Shown: piece after piece, positions 19,592 to 29,507 of the stretch
Layout of the letters: each line of letters starts with the position of its first letter
Numbering within the stretch: the stretch's first letter is position 1
Assembly (NCBI GenBank): GCA_038231275.1
Contig: JBBRLQ010000012.1
Span: forward strand, 64,001 to 128,000
Source: Polyangiales bacterium
GTDB lineage: Bacteria; Myxococcota_A; Polyangia; Polyangiales; Polyangiaceae
Reading direction: 5' to 3'
Length of the DNA: 64,000 nucleotides
Position numbers and translations under genes: made by a program
Notes under the pieces: model-generated
Seen by the model: the letters and a program-made list of their open reading frames with translations, nothing else
Told to the model about the DNA's origin: nothing
Database searches by the model: none

Positions 19592-20142
19592 GATCTCCCT
19601 CCTTCGCCCACGAGGACCTCGCGCACGCGGAGAAGACCGCGGCGCGCGTGCGCCTTCACCGTGCCGAGGGGCATCCCCGTTCGCTCTGCGATCTCTTCGT
19701 GGCTGAGCCCTTGCACGACGGCGAGCTCGAGGACCTGCCTCTGCTCGGGGCGCAGCTGCTCGATCGCCTTCGCGGCGAGCCCCGCCTCCGCCGCCAGCTC
19801 TCCGCGCGGCGCGCGCGCATCCACCTTGGGATCGTCGAAGTCCTGCGTGTCGCGGAGCGGCTCCTCCTTTCGGCGCGCGCGGGAGCGCAAGCGATCGATC
19901 AAACGACGGCGCGCGATCATGGCGATGAACGTCGCCTCGCTGCCGGCGGCAGGATCGAACTTGCTCGCGCTCTTCCACACGTCGACGAAGATTTCCTGCA
20001 CCGCGTCCTCGGCGTCGCTGCTGCTCGGAGAAAGCCGCCGCGCGAGCGCCCACACGAGGCCGCCGAACCGCTGGAGGCAGTCCTTGATCGCGGACGCGTC
20101 GCCGATCGCCACGCGGGCGAGGACGGAGTCCTGCATCGGCAT
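19588..20142 (-). CDS. ECF RNA polymerase sigma factor (SigK-like)
   Basis: [37 protein letters not shown]; start uncertain (20136-20196). Confidence 0.92.
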   Translation of the reverse strand: MPMQDSVLARVAIGDASAIKDCLQRFGGLVWALARRLSPSSSDAEDAVQEIFVDVWKSASKFDPAAGSEATFIAMIARRRLIDRLRSRARRKEEPLRDTQDFDDPKVDARAPRGELAAEAGLAAKAIEQLRPEQRQVLELAVVQGLSHEEIAERTGMPLGTVKAHARRGLLRVREVLVGEGGRS

Positions 20143-20213
20143 CGTCCGCTCTGACACGTGGGCAACCACTCTATCCACCCCATTGGCATCCCGCACATTC
20201 CTAGTGAGGACGC

Positions 20214-20240
20214 ATTCGCCAGAGACGCGCGTCTGGATGC
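20214..20240 (-). promoter_or_regulatory. SigK-type ECF promoter upstream of the sigma gene (autoregulation)
   Basis: GCATCC-N15-GCGAAT on the minus strand, close to the SigK consensus CCATCC-N15-CCGAAT. Confidence 0.65.
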
Positions 20241-20383
20241 AGCGGCCTTCGAACCGCCGAAACTGGGTCGAAATGCCGCGAATTTGCCCCCAATTTCCCG
20301 CGAATCGGCGCCATTCTCAGAAACGGCGAGAGGCCGCACTTTTGTTGCACACGCCACGTGCCGTTTGGTTACCCTTCTCGTCC

Positions 20384-21472
20384 ATGAATCAGCCCCCCGG
20401 ATATCGTCCGCCCTACCCCCCGCAGCCTGGCCAGCCGCAGCAGCCGGACCCGAACCAGCAGAACCCGCAATGGAAAGGGGGTACGCAGCTGATTCAAGGC
20501 GGGAACGCGTACGACCAGGCGGCGCAGCAGTACGGGCTGCCGCCTCAGCAGGGCGCTCAGGGCGGTCAGCCGGGCTACGGACAGCAGCCGGGGCAGCCGC
20601 AGCAGCAGGGCTATGGGCAGCAGCCGCCCGCGCAGCAGCCGTACGGCCAGCCGCCGGCGCAGCAACCGCAATACGGCGCGCCGCCCGCGCAGCAGCCGCA
20701 ATACGGCGCGCCGCCCGCGCAGCAGCAGCAGTACGGCGCGACGCCCGCCGCGCAGCCGGACTACGGTCAGCAGCAGCAGGGCTACGGCGCTCCGCCTGCG
20801 CAGCAGGGTTACGGCGCACCGCCTGCACAGCAGGGCTACGGCGCGCAGCCCGCGCAACAGGGATACGGCGCTCCGCCTGCACAGCAGGGATACGGCGCGC
20901 AGCCCGCGCAGCAGGGATACGGACAGCAGCCCCAGCAGGGCTACGGACAGCAGCCGCAGGGCTTCGGCGGCGCTGCCGGAGCCATGGGCGGCGGCATGCA
21001 ACAGGCGTTCGGCGCAGCACCCGCGCCCGGCACCCGCCCGAAGCCGCGCAACGCGTTCATGGTCGGCATCCTGCCGTTCATCGTGGCGGCCGTCCTCTAC
21101 AACGTGATCTATTTCGTCGGCAACATCACCGAGATCTACGCGATCTGGTACGCGAACTACCTCGTCGAGCTCGGCGCCGGCGCTTGGATCTTCCTCAACT
21201 GGTTCGGGATGATCAAAGAGGTCAAGGCGATCAATCCGAACGTCCAGTGGTGGCCGATCGTCATCGAGATCCTGGTCCCGATTCTTGTCCGCCCCGAGAT
21301 CCAGAAGGCCAAACAGATGGTCGGCGTGCAGGCGCCGGCGCGCAACTTCATCATGTACTGGTTCTTCCCGCTCTGGGCCCTCGCGAAGGACATCAACGAC
21401 ATGGCCGATCCGAGCGCGCCGGTCCCGCAGGGGATGCCCGGAATGCCCGGCGGATTCCCCGGAATGCGCTGA
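20384..21472 (+). CDS. Membrane protein with long Pro/Gln/Gly/Tyr repeat N-terminus and DUF4234-like C-terminal TM domain
   Basis: MNQPPGY start; (P/Q)PAQQ(G/P)YG(A/Q) repeats; several C-terminal hydrophobic segments. Confidence 0.85.
   Translation: MNQPPGYRPPYPPQPGQPQQPDPNQQNPQWKGGTQLIQGGNAYDQAAQQYGLPPQQGAQGGQPGYGQQPGQPQQQGYGQQPPAQQPYGQPPAQQPQYGAPPAQQPQYGAPPAQQQQYGATPAAQPDYGQQQQGYGAPPAQQGYGAPPAQQGYGAQPAQQGYGAPPAQQGYGAQPAQQGYGQQPQQGYGQQPQGFGGAAGAMGGGMQQAFGAAPAPGTRPKPRNAFMVGILPFIVAAVLYNVIYFVGNITEIYAIWYANYLVELGAGAWIFLNWFGMIKEVKAINPNVQWWPIVIEILVPILVRPEIQKAKQMVGVQAPARNFIMYWFFPLWALAKDINDMADPSAPVPQGMPGMPGGFPGMR
20570..20965 (+). repeat. Intragenic 24-30 bp tandem repeat ([13 protein letters not shown] units)
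   Basis: Degenerate units such as GGCTACGGCGCTCCGCCTGCGCAGCAG repeated more than ten times. Confidence 0.85.
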
Positions 21473-21496
21473 GCGCCGTCCTCTGACGCTCGCCAA

Positions 21497-21538
21497 GAGG
21501 CGCGCGCTTCCGAAAGGAGCGCGCGCCTTTTGCGTTTT
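21497..21538 (+). terminator. Rho-independent terminator between convergent genes
   Basis: AGGCGCGCGCTTCC-GAAA-GGAGCGCGCGCCT followed by TTTGCGTTTT. Confidence 0.85.
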
Positions 21539-21559
21539 GTCGCTGTCGATCGCGCCTGC

Positions 21560-23692
21560 CTACTTCGCCGCGACGCTCGCGTCCTTTTCCAGCGTGAGCT
21601 CCGCGATGCCGTCCTGGAAGTGGATGCGCGCGATCATCTGCTTTTCCTGCAGGCCAACGAGATCGATCGTCGCCTTCGACGTCCTGTCGCTGATCTCGCG
21701 CATCTTCCCCTCGAGGCTGACCATGAGCGGCCCGGCGCTCTTCACCACCTTGAGCGTCACGATCTGCGCGTGGAGCTCGTCCATGCGAACGCGGTACTCC
21801 TGCATCTGCTCGCGCGTCGTGGCGATCTGCTGCTCGATCTTCGCCATCTCGCCGTGGAGCCGCACGAGCTCCGCGACCTTCTCCTTGAGCGGGCCGCGCG
21901 CCGCGTTCGACGACAGGAACACCTTGACCATGTCGAGCCCTGCCGGCGTGCGGATGTCGGTCGACTTGAATACCGGCGTCTCCTCTTCGAGAGTGACCTC
22001 CTGGCTCTTCTTCGGATCGACGTCGACCTTGAAGAGGTGCGCGCCGCCGATCTTCTCGCACTCGCCGGTCTGGCAGGTGCCCGCCGGGGATTTGGTGAGC
22101 GAGTAACCGCCGGCGACGGTATGGCGGATGAAGACGCTTGCGCGCTCGCCGGTGCGGTTGTGGAGCGTGAAGGTCTTCGAGCGGGTGTGCTTCACCTCGG
22201 TCGAGAAGACACCGCGCGTGACGGTGAGGATGCGCGAGATTTCGTCGCGCTCTCCCTCTTTCGATTCGACGACGACCTGACGATCGAGCGCGAACGGCAC
22301 GAACGCCACGCTGCGCGCCGGGATCGGCTCGCTGAGGCCCTCGCCGATGAATTTCCCGTCGCCGAAGACGGTGACCGGGCCGCTCTCGAGCACCGAGTCG
22401 GTGGGGTTCTTCACGCGCACGGCGCGGAACGGGAAGGTCGCGTTGCCGCGCGGGCTCTCGGCGTCGTAGAGGTAGACGATCTCACCGTCGGTGTCGGTGT
22501 TCAGGATCGAGACCATCGCGCTCGTGCCGCGCGGGACGTTCATCGCCGCCTGCGACTCGAAGTGCGCGGCGCCGATCGGATCTTGCGACAGCGGCGGCGC
22601 GGTGGTGCCCGTCGCGGCCTGCCCGTCCGGCTTTTTCGCGTTCTCTTGGGCCGGCGTCCGCGCTTCGACGACGCGGACGCCTCCCGCGCGACCAGGCTGC
22701 TCGCCGCGACCGACGGCGACGACCTTGCTCGCGTCGACGCCGTTTCGCACCAGCTGATCCCGCGCGCGGTTGGCGCGCTCGAGCGAGGCAGCGTACTTGT
22801 CGCCGTCCTCCTTCGTCGCGAAGCCCTCGATCACGATCTGGTTCGGCGACGAGGCGAGCGAGCGCGCCATCTGTCCGAAGCCCTGTCCGGCGGTAGTGCC
22901 GCCGGCCGCGCCTCCCGACATCGGCGCGTCGGCGGGGCGCTTGTGCGCCGACTTCGCGGGCGGCGGCGTGTTCCGCGCGGGCGGCGCGGCCTGCGCGCCG
23001 GGCGTGGTCGGCGCAGGATCGGCGGCCGGCTCCTCGTTCATCGCGAGCGCGCCGTCGTCGAGATCTCCCACGACCCGCCGCTCGTCTTTGCCGTACGTCG
23101 ACGCGCCGGTCGGTGGCGCCAGCGCGAACAGATCGTTCGACTGTAGCGTCTCGCGCTCCACCGTGCGCACCGAGCGCAAATCGAAGCGGAACGACATCGC
23201 CGAGCTTGATCCGACGCCGAGCTTGATCCCGTTCCAATCCTCGCCCGACGTGTTGTCGACGATCGCCCACCCCTGGACGTTCACCTTCCCCGACTTGCCG
23301 ACGACGAACCGGTAGCTCGGCTTCCACGACGGCGCTTCGGTGACGTACGACAGGCGCAGGCGATGCGGCGAGGGCCCGCTCAGCGTGATCTTCATGTCGA
23401 TCAGGCCGGTGGCGTTCGAAGGCGCGTTCGTTGGGTACGCGACAGGCGCCGGAGCCCCGGTCTTCGCGTCGACCACCGTGAGCGACTTCAAGAAGTCGTC
23501 CACCTTGTCGGCGGGAACCTGGAGCTTCAAGCTGTCCCCCTCGACCTGCGCCACGCGCTCGAAGTACGCGACCCCATTGCGATAGACGACGACCCTGCCG
23601 AGCGTCGTGTCCGGGGATTTCACGTACGAGGCCTGCGTGGAGCCACATCCCACGAGCGTGAGGAGGGCGCTCGCGAAGAGAATCTTCTTCAT
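21560..23692 (-). CDS. DUF4139-family lipoprotein with inserted OmpA-like domain and C-terminal coiled coil
   Basis: Lipobox TLVGC; RVVVYRNGVAYFER, WKPSYR, WAIVDNTSGEDW; insert IVIEGF..SLERANRARDQLVRNGVD..VGRGE. Confidence 0.82.
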   Translation of the reverse strand: MKKILFASALLTLVGCGSTQASYVKSPDTTLGRVVVYRNGVAYFERVAQVEGDSLKLQVPADKVDDFLKSLTVVDAKTGAPAPVAYPTNAPSNATGLIDMKITLSGPSPHRLRLSYVTEAPSWKPSYRFVVGKSGKVNVQGWAIVDNTSGEDWNGIKLGVGSSSAMSFRFDLRSVRTVERETLQSNDLFALAPPTGASTYGKDERRVVGDLDDGALAMNEEPAADPAPTTPGAQAAPPARNTPPPAKSAHKRPADAPMSGGAAGGTTAGQGFGQMARSLASSPNQIVIEGFATKEDGDKYAASLERANRARDQLVRNGVDASKVVAVGRGEQPGRAGGVRVVEARTPAQENAKKPDGQAATGTTAPPLSQDPIGAAHFESQAAMNVPRGTSAMVSILNTDTDGEIVYLYDAESPRGNATFPFRAVRVKNPTDSVLESGPVTVFGDGKFIGEGLSEPIPARSVAFVPFALDRQVVVESKEGERDEISRILTVTRGVFSTEVKHTRSKTFTLHNRTGERASVFIRHTVAGGYSLTKSPAGTCQTGECEKIGGAHLFKVDVDPKKSQEVTLEEETPVFKSTDIRTPAGLDMVKVFLSSNAARGPLKEKVAELVRLHGEMAKIEQQIATTREQMQEYRVRMDELHAQIVTLKVVKSAGPLMVSLEGKMREISDRTSKATIDLVGLQEKQMIARIHFQDGIAELTLEKDASVAAK

Positions 23693-23730
23693 GGGGAATA
23701 GGGACGGGGGAGCGGACGAAACGATCTACG

Positions 23731-23802
23731 CCGACCCCGACCCCGACCCCGACCCCGACTCCGACTCCGACGCCGACTCCGACTCCGACGCCGACTCCGA
23801 CG
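23731..23802. repeat. Intergenic hexamer tandem repeat (CCGACN)x12
   Basis: ccgacc x4, then ccgact/ccgacg x8, between divergent genes. Confidence 0.95.
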
Positions 23803-23838
23803 CTTGCGCGGGACGAGCCGCGGGTGTCTCCTCTCGCC

Positions 23839-24783
23839 ATGGCCAAGGTCGCCCTCGTCCAGATTCCCTGCCCCTTTCTCGATCGCGCGGCCTCGTTCGA
23901 CGCGGCGGCACGCGCGATCGCCAAGGCAGCGCGCGAGGGAGCCGAGCTCGTCGTCTTGCCGGAGTCGTTCATCGGCGGGTATCCGGACTGGATCTGGCGG
24001 CTGCAGCCGCAAGGCGATCGCACGCTCACCCACACCATCCACGAGAGGCTGGTGGCGGCGTCGGTGGACCTTCAAAAAGACGAGCTACGCCCGCTCCGCG
24101 ACGCCGTGGCGAAGGCCAAGGTGACGGTGGTGTGCGGCATCAACGAGCGCGAAGGCGCGTTCAGCCGCGGCACGCTCTACAACACGGTCGTCATCATCGG
24201 GCCCGACGGCACGCTCCTCAACCGCCATCGCAAGCTCGTGCCGACGAACCCCGAGCGGATGGTGTGGGGACAAGGCGACGCGAGCGGCCTCCGCGTGGTG
24301 AGCACGCCCGTCGGACGCGTCGGCTCGCTCATCTGCTGGGAGAACTACATGCCGCTCGCCCGCTTCGCGCTCTACGGGCAGGGCGTCGAGATTTACGTCG
24401 CGCCGACCTGGGACCACGGCGACGCGTGGATCTCCTCGATGAAGCACATCGCGCGTGAAGGGCGGTGCTGGGTGCTGAGCAACGCGATTTGCATGCAGGC
24501 GAAGGACGTCCCCGCCGATTTTCCGGAGCGCGCGAAGGTCTACGCGAACCCCGAGGAGTGGCTGAACCCGGGCGACGCCGTCGTCGTCGATCCGACGGGC
24601 ACCCTCGTCGCAGGACCGATGCACGAGGAGCGCGGGATCCTGTACGCGACGTGCGACGCGTCCAAGGTCGACGCCGCTCGCCGAACGCTCGACGTCGCCG
24701 GCCACTACAACCGGCCCGACGTGTTCCGGCTCGAAGTGAATCGCGCCGCGGGGACGCCGGTCCACTTCGCGGACGAGAAGTAG
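23839..24783 (+). CDS. Nitrilase / carbon-nitrogen hydrolase
   Basis: E-K-C triad: LPES, HRKLVPT, LICWENYMP; DVAGHYNRPD. Confidence 0.93.
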   Translation: MAKVALVQIPCPFLDRAASFDAAARAIAKAAREGAELVVLPESFIGGYPDWIWRLQPQGDRTLTHTIHERLVAASVDLQKDELRPLRDAVAKAKVTVVCGINEREGAFSRGTLYNTVVIIGPDGTLLNRHRKLVPTNPERMVWGQGDASGLRVVSTPVGRVGSLICWENYMPLARFALYGQGVEIYVAPTWDHGDAWISSMKHIAREGRCWVLSNAICMQAKDVPADFPERAKVYANPEEWLNPGDAVVVDPTGTLVAGPMHEERGILYATCDASKVDAARRTLDVAGHYNRPDVFRLEVNRAAGTPVHFADEK

Positions 24784-24790
24784 GTCGCGA

Positions 24791-25411
24791 ATGTCGAAGG
24801 AGCTCTACGGCGACGGCGCGCGGCGACTCCAGGACGTCTTCGACACGCGCCGCCTGGCCGATCGCCTCGAGGAGCGCCTCGTCAAGGATCACGTCGGCGA
24901 GAGCGACGCCGCGTTCATCGCGAGCCTCGACATGTTCTTCCTCGCGACCGTCGACGCGCAGGGAAACCCCAACTGCTCATACAAGGGCGGCGAGCCGGGG
25001 TTCGTTCGCGTCCTGGATCCCAAGACGATCGCGTTTCCTCTTCTCGACGGAAACGGAATGTTCTTGTCGGCAGGCGCGATCGCAGAGGCCGGCAAGGTCG
25101 GCATGCTCTTCGTGGATTTCGCGGGGCAGTCGCGCCTGCGCGTGAACGGCGTCGCGCGCGTGGACCGCGACGATCCGCTGCTCCCCACGTTTCCCGAGGC
25201 CAAGCTCGTCGTCCGCGTCGCGGTCACCCACGTCTTCCCGAACTGCCCGCGCTACATTCATCGCCTCGCGCTCGTCGAGCGCTCGAAGTTCGTCCCCAAG
25301 CCGGAGGCCGCTACGCCGGTCCCGAGCTGGAAGCGCACCGAGTGGGCGGCCGACGTGCTCGCTGCCGACGATCCCGCGCGCGCCGGCGACAAAGAGGTCT
25401 GCCCGCGTTGA
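24791..25411 (+). CDS. Pyridoxamine 5'-phosphate oxidase-like FMN-binding protein
   Basis: FFLATVD, CSYKGGEPGFV, RLRVNG, NCPRYIH. Confidence 0.88.
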   Translation: MSKELYGDGARRLQDVFDTRRLADRLEERLVKDHVGESDAAFIASLDMFFLATVDAQGNPNCSYKGGEPGFVRVLDPKTIAFPLLDGNGMFLSAGAIAEAGKVGMLFVDFAGQSRLRVNGVARVDRDDPLLPTFPEAKLVVRVAVTHVFPNCPRYIHRLALVERSKFVPKPEAATPVPSWKRTEWAADVLAADDPARAGDKEVCPR

Positions 25412-25432
25412 GTGGAGCGGAGCGGAGCGGCG

Positions 25433-26425
25433 TCATTCCTTGCGCCGGAGCAGCGGCGCGATCCACCCGAGCCCCACGCCGGTGAGACTCGCCAGCGACA
25501 TCGCCGCATTCCCACGCAAAGACTCCGGCGTCGCGCCCGCATCGGGCTCCGTCTCCACGAATGCGTCGAGCCACGCCTCTTGTGGACCGCGCGCCAGCAC
25601 GCCGCCGAGATCGAACAGCGTCAGATCGTCCACCCCAGCCGCACGCGCGATCCCGACGTCGCGCGCGAGCTCCGCCGGCGAGCGGTAAATTGGCTCGTCC
25701 CCGAAGGCGCCGACGCCTACCGCCCCGAGCGACACGCTCCCGCGATCCCCGAAGCGCTCGACCGTCGCGCGGCACGTCGCGGCCAGCACGCTGAGGGCGC
25801 CGCGCCGATCGAACAGGCCTCGCGACCAGCCTTCGAGGATCGACGTGTAGAGCATCACGTTGACACCCGACCACGACGGCCCGTCGAGGGGGGTGCCGAG
25901 GAGCGCCTGCCACCGCGACGACTCCGCGCGATCGAGGAGCACCATCGGCACCGCCACCGCCGTCGTCGCGAGCCCGTGCTCCTGCATCTCGCGCGAGAGC
26001 GACGCGAACGCTCCGCGCGCCGCCGCGAGCCGCGACCCGTCCGCCACCGACTCGAGCAAGCGACCCGCCGCGCGCAGGCTCCCGAGCGCCGCGCGCACGT
26101 CGTCGATCGCGGGCTCCAGATCGACCACGATCTCCTTCACCCCGCCCGCCTCCGCGACCTTCGCGGCCGCGCGCGCGAACGCGGCGAACGTGGCGTGGTT
26201 CTTCGCGTTCGCCCACCGTCCGTCCGCGTCGTCGAGCATCGGCCACACCGCCGTCGCGATCCCCGCGCCTCCCAGGCGCGCCAGCACGTCCCGGAGAGCG
26301 GGCAGCGAATCGGGCCGCACCGCGACGAGAACGTCGAGTGTGTACCGCTTCAAGAGCCCGAGCACGCGCGCGCTTCCGAGCATCTCGAAGGGGACGGTCT
26401 CGCTCCAGATGCGGCGCCGACGCAT
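25433..26425 (-). CDS. Hypothetical protein (possible TIM-barrel / glycoside-hydrolase-like fold)
   Basis: Plausible composition; alternating strand/helix pattern (VWPML, VVDLEP, VMLYTS, LFDLGG). Confidence 0.65.
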   Translation of the reverse strand: MRRRRIWSETVPFEMLGSARVLGLLKRYTLDVLVAVRPDSLPALRDVLARLGGAGIATAVWPMLDDADGRWANAKNHATFAAFARAAAKVAEAGGVKEIVVDLEPAIDDVRAALGSLRAAGRLLESVADGSRLAAARGAFASLSREMQEHGLATTAVAVPMVLLDRAESSRWQALLGTPLDGPSWSGVNVMLYTSILEGWSRGLFDRRGALSVLAATCRATVERFGDRGSVSLGAVGVGAFGDEPIYRSPAELARDVGIARAAGVDDLTLFDLGGVLARGPQEAWLDAFVETEPDAGATPESLRGNAAMSLASLTGVGLGWIAPLLRRKE

Positions 26426-26450
26426 GGCCGATCAGGGTACCATTCGGGCC
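26426..26450. promoter_or_regulatory. 25-bp bidirectional promoter with overlapping -10 boxes (putative leaderless genes)
   Basis: TACCAT (+, 26438-26443) 7 nt before ATG 26451; TACCCT (-, 26434-26439) 8 nt before ATG 26425. Confidence 0.6.
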
Positions 26451-27527
<1,077 letters not shown>

Positions 27528-27555
27528 GCGCCCCCAGCGAAAATTGGATGGGCGC

Positions 27556-28311
27556 CTAACGCGACTCGTACACGCGCATCGCCGGCAGCTCCAGAGCAGT
27601 CAAGAATCCGCCTTTGCCCGCGCCGGTGTCGAGCCCCACGACGCACGGACCCGCCCAGATGTCGTTCGGATCGTCGGGCGTGTACGACGAGAGCTCGGGC
27701 GGGAGGCACGCCGTCGTGGTGTGCCCGAAGACGACGAGCTTCCCGCGGTAGTCTCGGAAGAACGCCTCCTCGCGGCACCAGAGGAGCGCGATCTGCGGCT
27801 CCACCTTCGACGGGTGTTGAAAGGTGCCGTCGGCGCCGCGCGGCAGGCCGGCGTGCACGTAGATCGCGTGATCGTCCTCGTAGTAGAAGGCGAGGCCCTC
27901 GAGCCAGTCGACGACGTCCTTCGGGAAAAAGCCGCCGACCAGCATGACGTCCATCTCGGCCTTGGTGGCGCGCTCGTCGTCCTCCGGCGGCGGCTTGCCC
28001 TCGAAGGAGCGCATGCACGCGAGGCAGCCGTTCACCGGTGGAAGCACGAACTCTGGCCAGCCGCGCCCGATGACGCGTAGCCACGCGTCCTCGTGGTTGC
28101 CTCGCAGGGACACCACCTTGGCGGGGATCTGCTTCGGGAGGTTTCGGATGTAGTCGACGACCTGCGCGGACTGCGGCCCGCGATCGAGGTAGTCGCCCAC
28201 GAAAACGATCGTGTCCTCCTTCGTCAGGGTCGGCAGGCACGCGAGGACCTTGAACACGGCGTCCAGATCTCCATGGATGTCACCGATCGCGAAGGTCCGT
28301 TTCTCCGACAT
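27556..28311 (-). CDS. Metallophosphoesterase (PPP-family Ser/Thr phosphatase-like)
   Basis: GDIHG, GDYLDRG, RGNHE, VHAG, FGHT, LDTG. Confidence 0.92.
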   Translation of the reverse strand: MSEKRTFAIGDIHGDLDAVFKVLACLPTLTKEDTIVFVGDYLDRGPQSAQVVDYIRNLPKQIPAKVVSLRGNHEDAWLRVIGRGWPEFVLPPVNGCLACMRSFEGKPPPEDDERATKAEMDVMLVGGFFPKDVVDWLEGLAFYYEDDHAIYVHAGLPRGADGTFQHPSKVEPQIALLWCREEAFFRDYRGKLVVFGHTTTACLPPELSSYTPDDPNDIWAGPCVVGLDTGAGKGGFLTALELPAMRVYESR

Positions 28312-28346
28312 GGGTCCGTCAGGGTCCTTCGAAGGGGGGCCGGCCG

Positions 28347-28763
28347 TCAAGCGCCCGTGATGTGGACGACGAGCTCGCGGACGTGCGCGCTCGTGCGGTG
28401 CTCCCACAGGTAAATCGCCTGCCAGGTGCCCAGCGCGAGGCGGCTCCGCGAAATCGGGATCTGCTCGCTCGTCTTGGTGAGCACGGTGCGAAGGTGCGAC
28501 GGCATGTCGTCGGGCCCCTCCGCCGTGTGCTCGTACATCGGGCCCTCCGGCGCGACGCGCTCGATCCAGCGCTGCATGTCGCGGCGCACGGACGGATCGG
28601 CGTTCTCCTGGATGACGAGCGACGCGCTGGTATGGCGGCAAAAGACGGTGCACAGCCCGGTCTTCACGCCGGCCGCACCGACGACGTGCTGCACGGCCTC
28701 CGTCACGTCGACGAGCCCGCGCCCCGTCGTTCGGACCTCGAGGAGCTCCTGGTAGACCTTCAT
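28347..28763 (-). CDS. yjbQ: YjbQ / UPF0047 secondary thiamine-phosphate synthase
   Basis: HTSASLVIQENADP, EGPDDMPSH, LGTWQAIYLWEHR. Confidence 0.92.
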   Translation of the reverse strand: MKVYQELLEVRTTGRGLVDVTEAVQHVVGAAGVKTGLCTVFCRHTSASLVIQENADPSVRRDMQRWIERVAPEGPMYEHTAEGPDDMPSHLRTVLTKTSEQIPISRSRLALGTWQAIYLWEHRTSAHVRELVVHITGA

Positions 28764-29428
28764 GCGTCGCTCCTTCCTCCGCTGCCCGCCTTGCGACCGC
28801 GCCGCGGGGCGTTCGCGATGGGCTCCAGGTAGCGGCGCAGGAGGACCTTCGTCTCCTGCACGATCTCCGGCCCGATCTGGCCGCCCATGCGCACGCCGAC
28901 GAACAGCATGGCGCTGATCACCTCGACGATCATCGTCGCCACCAGCCGGCGGCGCTTGACGGGCAGCGCCGGCGCGAACATCGCCAAGATCCCCTCGGCC
29001 TGCCCGGCGAACTCTTCGTTCAGGGCGGCGCCGGCCGCGAAGAAGCGCGCCGAGCGTGCCCAGTTCAGCCACACCGCGCGCCCGCCGACCTCGGTCCTCT
29101 GGAGGTCGTCGAACGCATCGATCGCACGATCGATGATCTCGTCCCAGGTCCCGCCCTCGACCGCGGCGGCCGTCATGTGGCGCTCGAACACCGCCCGCGC
29201 GCGCGCGAGGTATTGGTCGGCGATGGCCTCGAAGAGCGCCTCCTTGTTCGGGAAGTACTGGTAAACCGACCCGATCGACACGCCCGCGCGCTCGGCGATC
29301 TCCTCGGTCGTGGCCCCGTCGAAGCTCTTCTCCGAAAAGAGATGCCCCGCCGCGTCCAGGATGCGCTCGACGCGCTGGCGGCTGCGATCCTGGGTCGGAG
29401 CGCGCCGCGTACCGGCGGGGCTTGACAA
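28760..29428 (-). CDS. TetR/AcrR family transcriptional regulator
   Basis: RRAPTQDRS..ILDAA..IAERAGVSIGSVYQYFPNK; start uncertain (TTG 29428 or GTG 29446). Confidence 0.9.
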   Translation of the reverse strand: MSSPAGTRRAPTQDRSRQRVERILDAAGHLFSEKSFDGATTEEIAERAGVSIGSVYQYFPNKEALFEAIADQYLARARAVFERHMTAAAVEGGTWDEIIDRAIDAFDDLQRTEVGGRAVWLNWARSARFFAAGAALNEEFAGQAEGILAMFAPALPVKRRRLVATMIVEVISAMLFVGVRMGGQIGPEIVQETKVLLRRYLEPIANAPRRGRKAGSGGRSDA

Positions 29429-29480
29429 ACGTGAGGATTGCCTCACATTCTCAGCGAAACGTGAGGGTCGACTCACGTTT
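29422..29480. promoter_or_regulatory. Sigma-70 -35 box with twin palindromic TetR-type operators
   Basis: TTGACA 29422-29427; AAACGTGAG-N6-CTCACATTC (29427-29450) and AAACGTGAG-N6-CTCACGTTT (29457-29480). Confidence 0.8.
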
Positions 29481-29507
29481 TGCCGCTCGGAGCGTTTGGG
29501 GAGAACC

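Noticed and set aside
20570..23802. Tandem repeats considered as a CRISPR array
   Set aside because: No unique spacers between repeats and no cas genes
22482..24458. ORFs reading the hexamer array as GVGVGV, DPDSD or SESE peptides
   Set aside because: They overlap the DUF4139 and nitrilase genes off-frame; the array is better explained as intergenic
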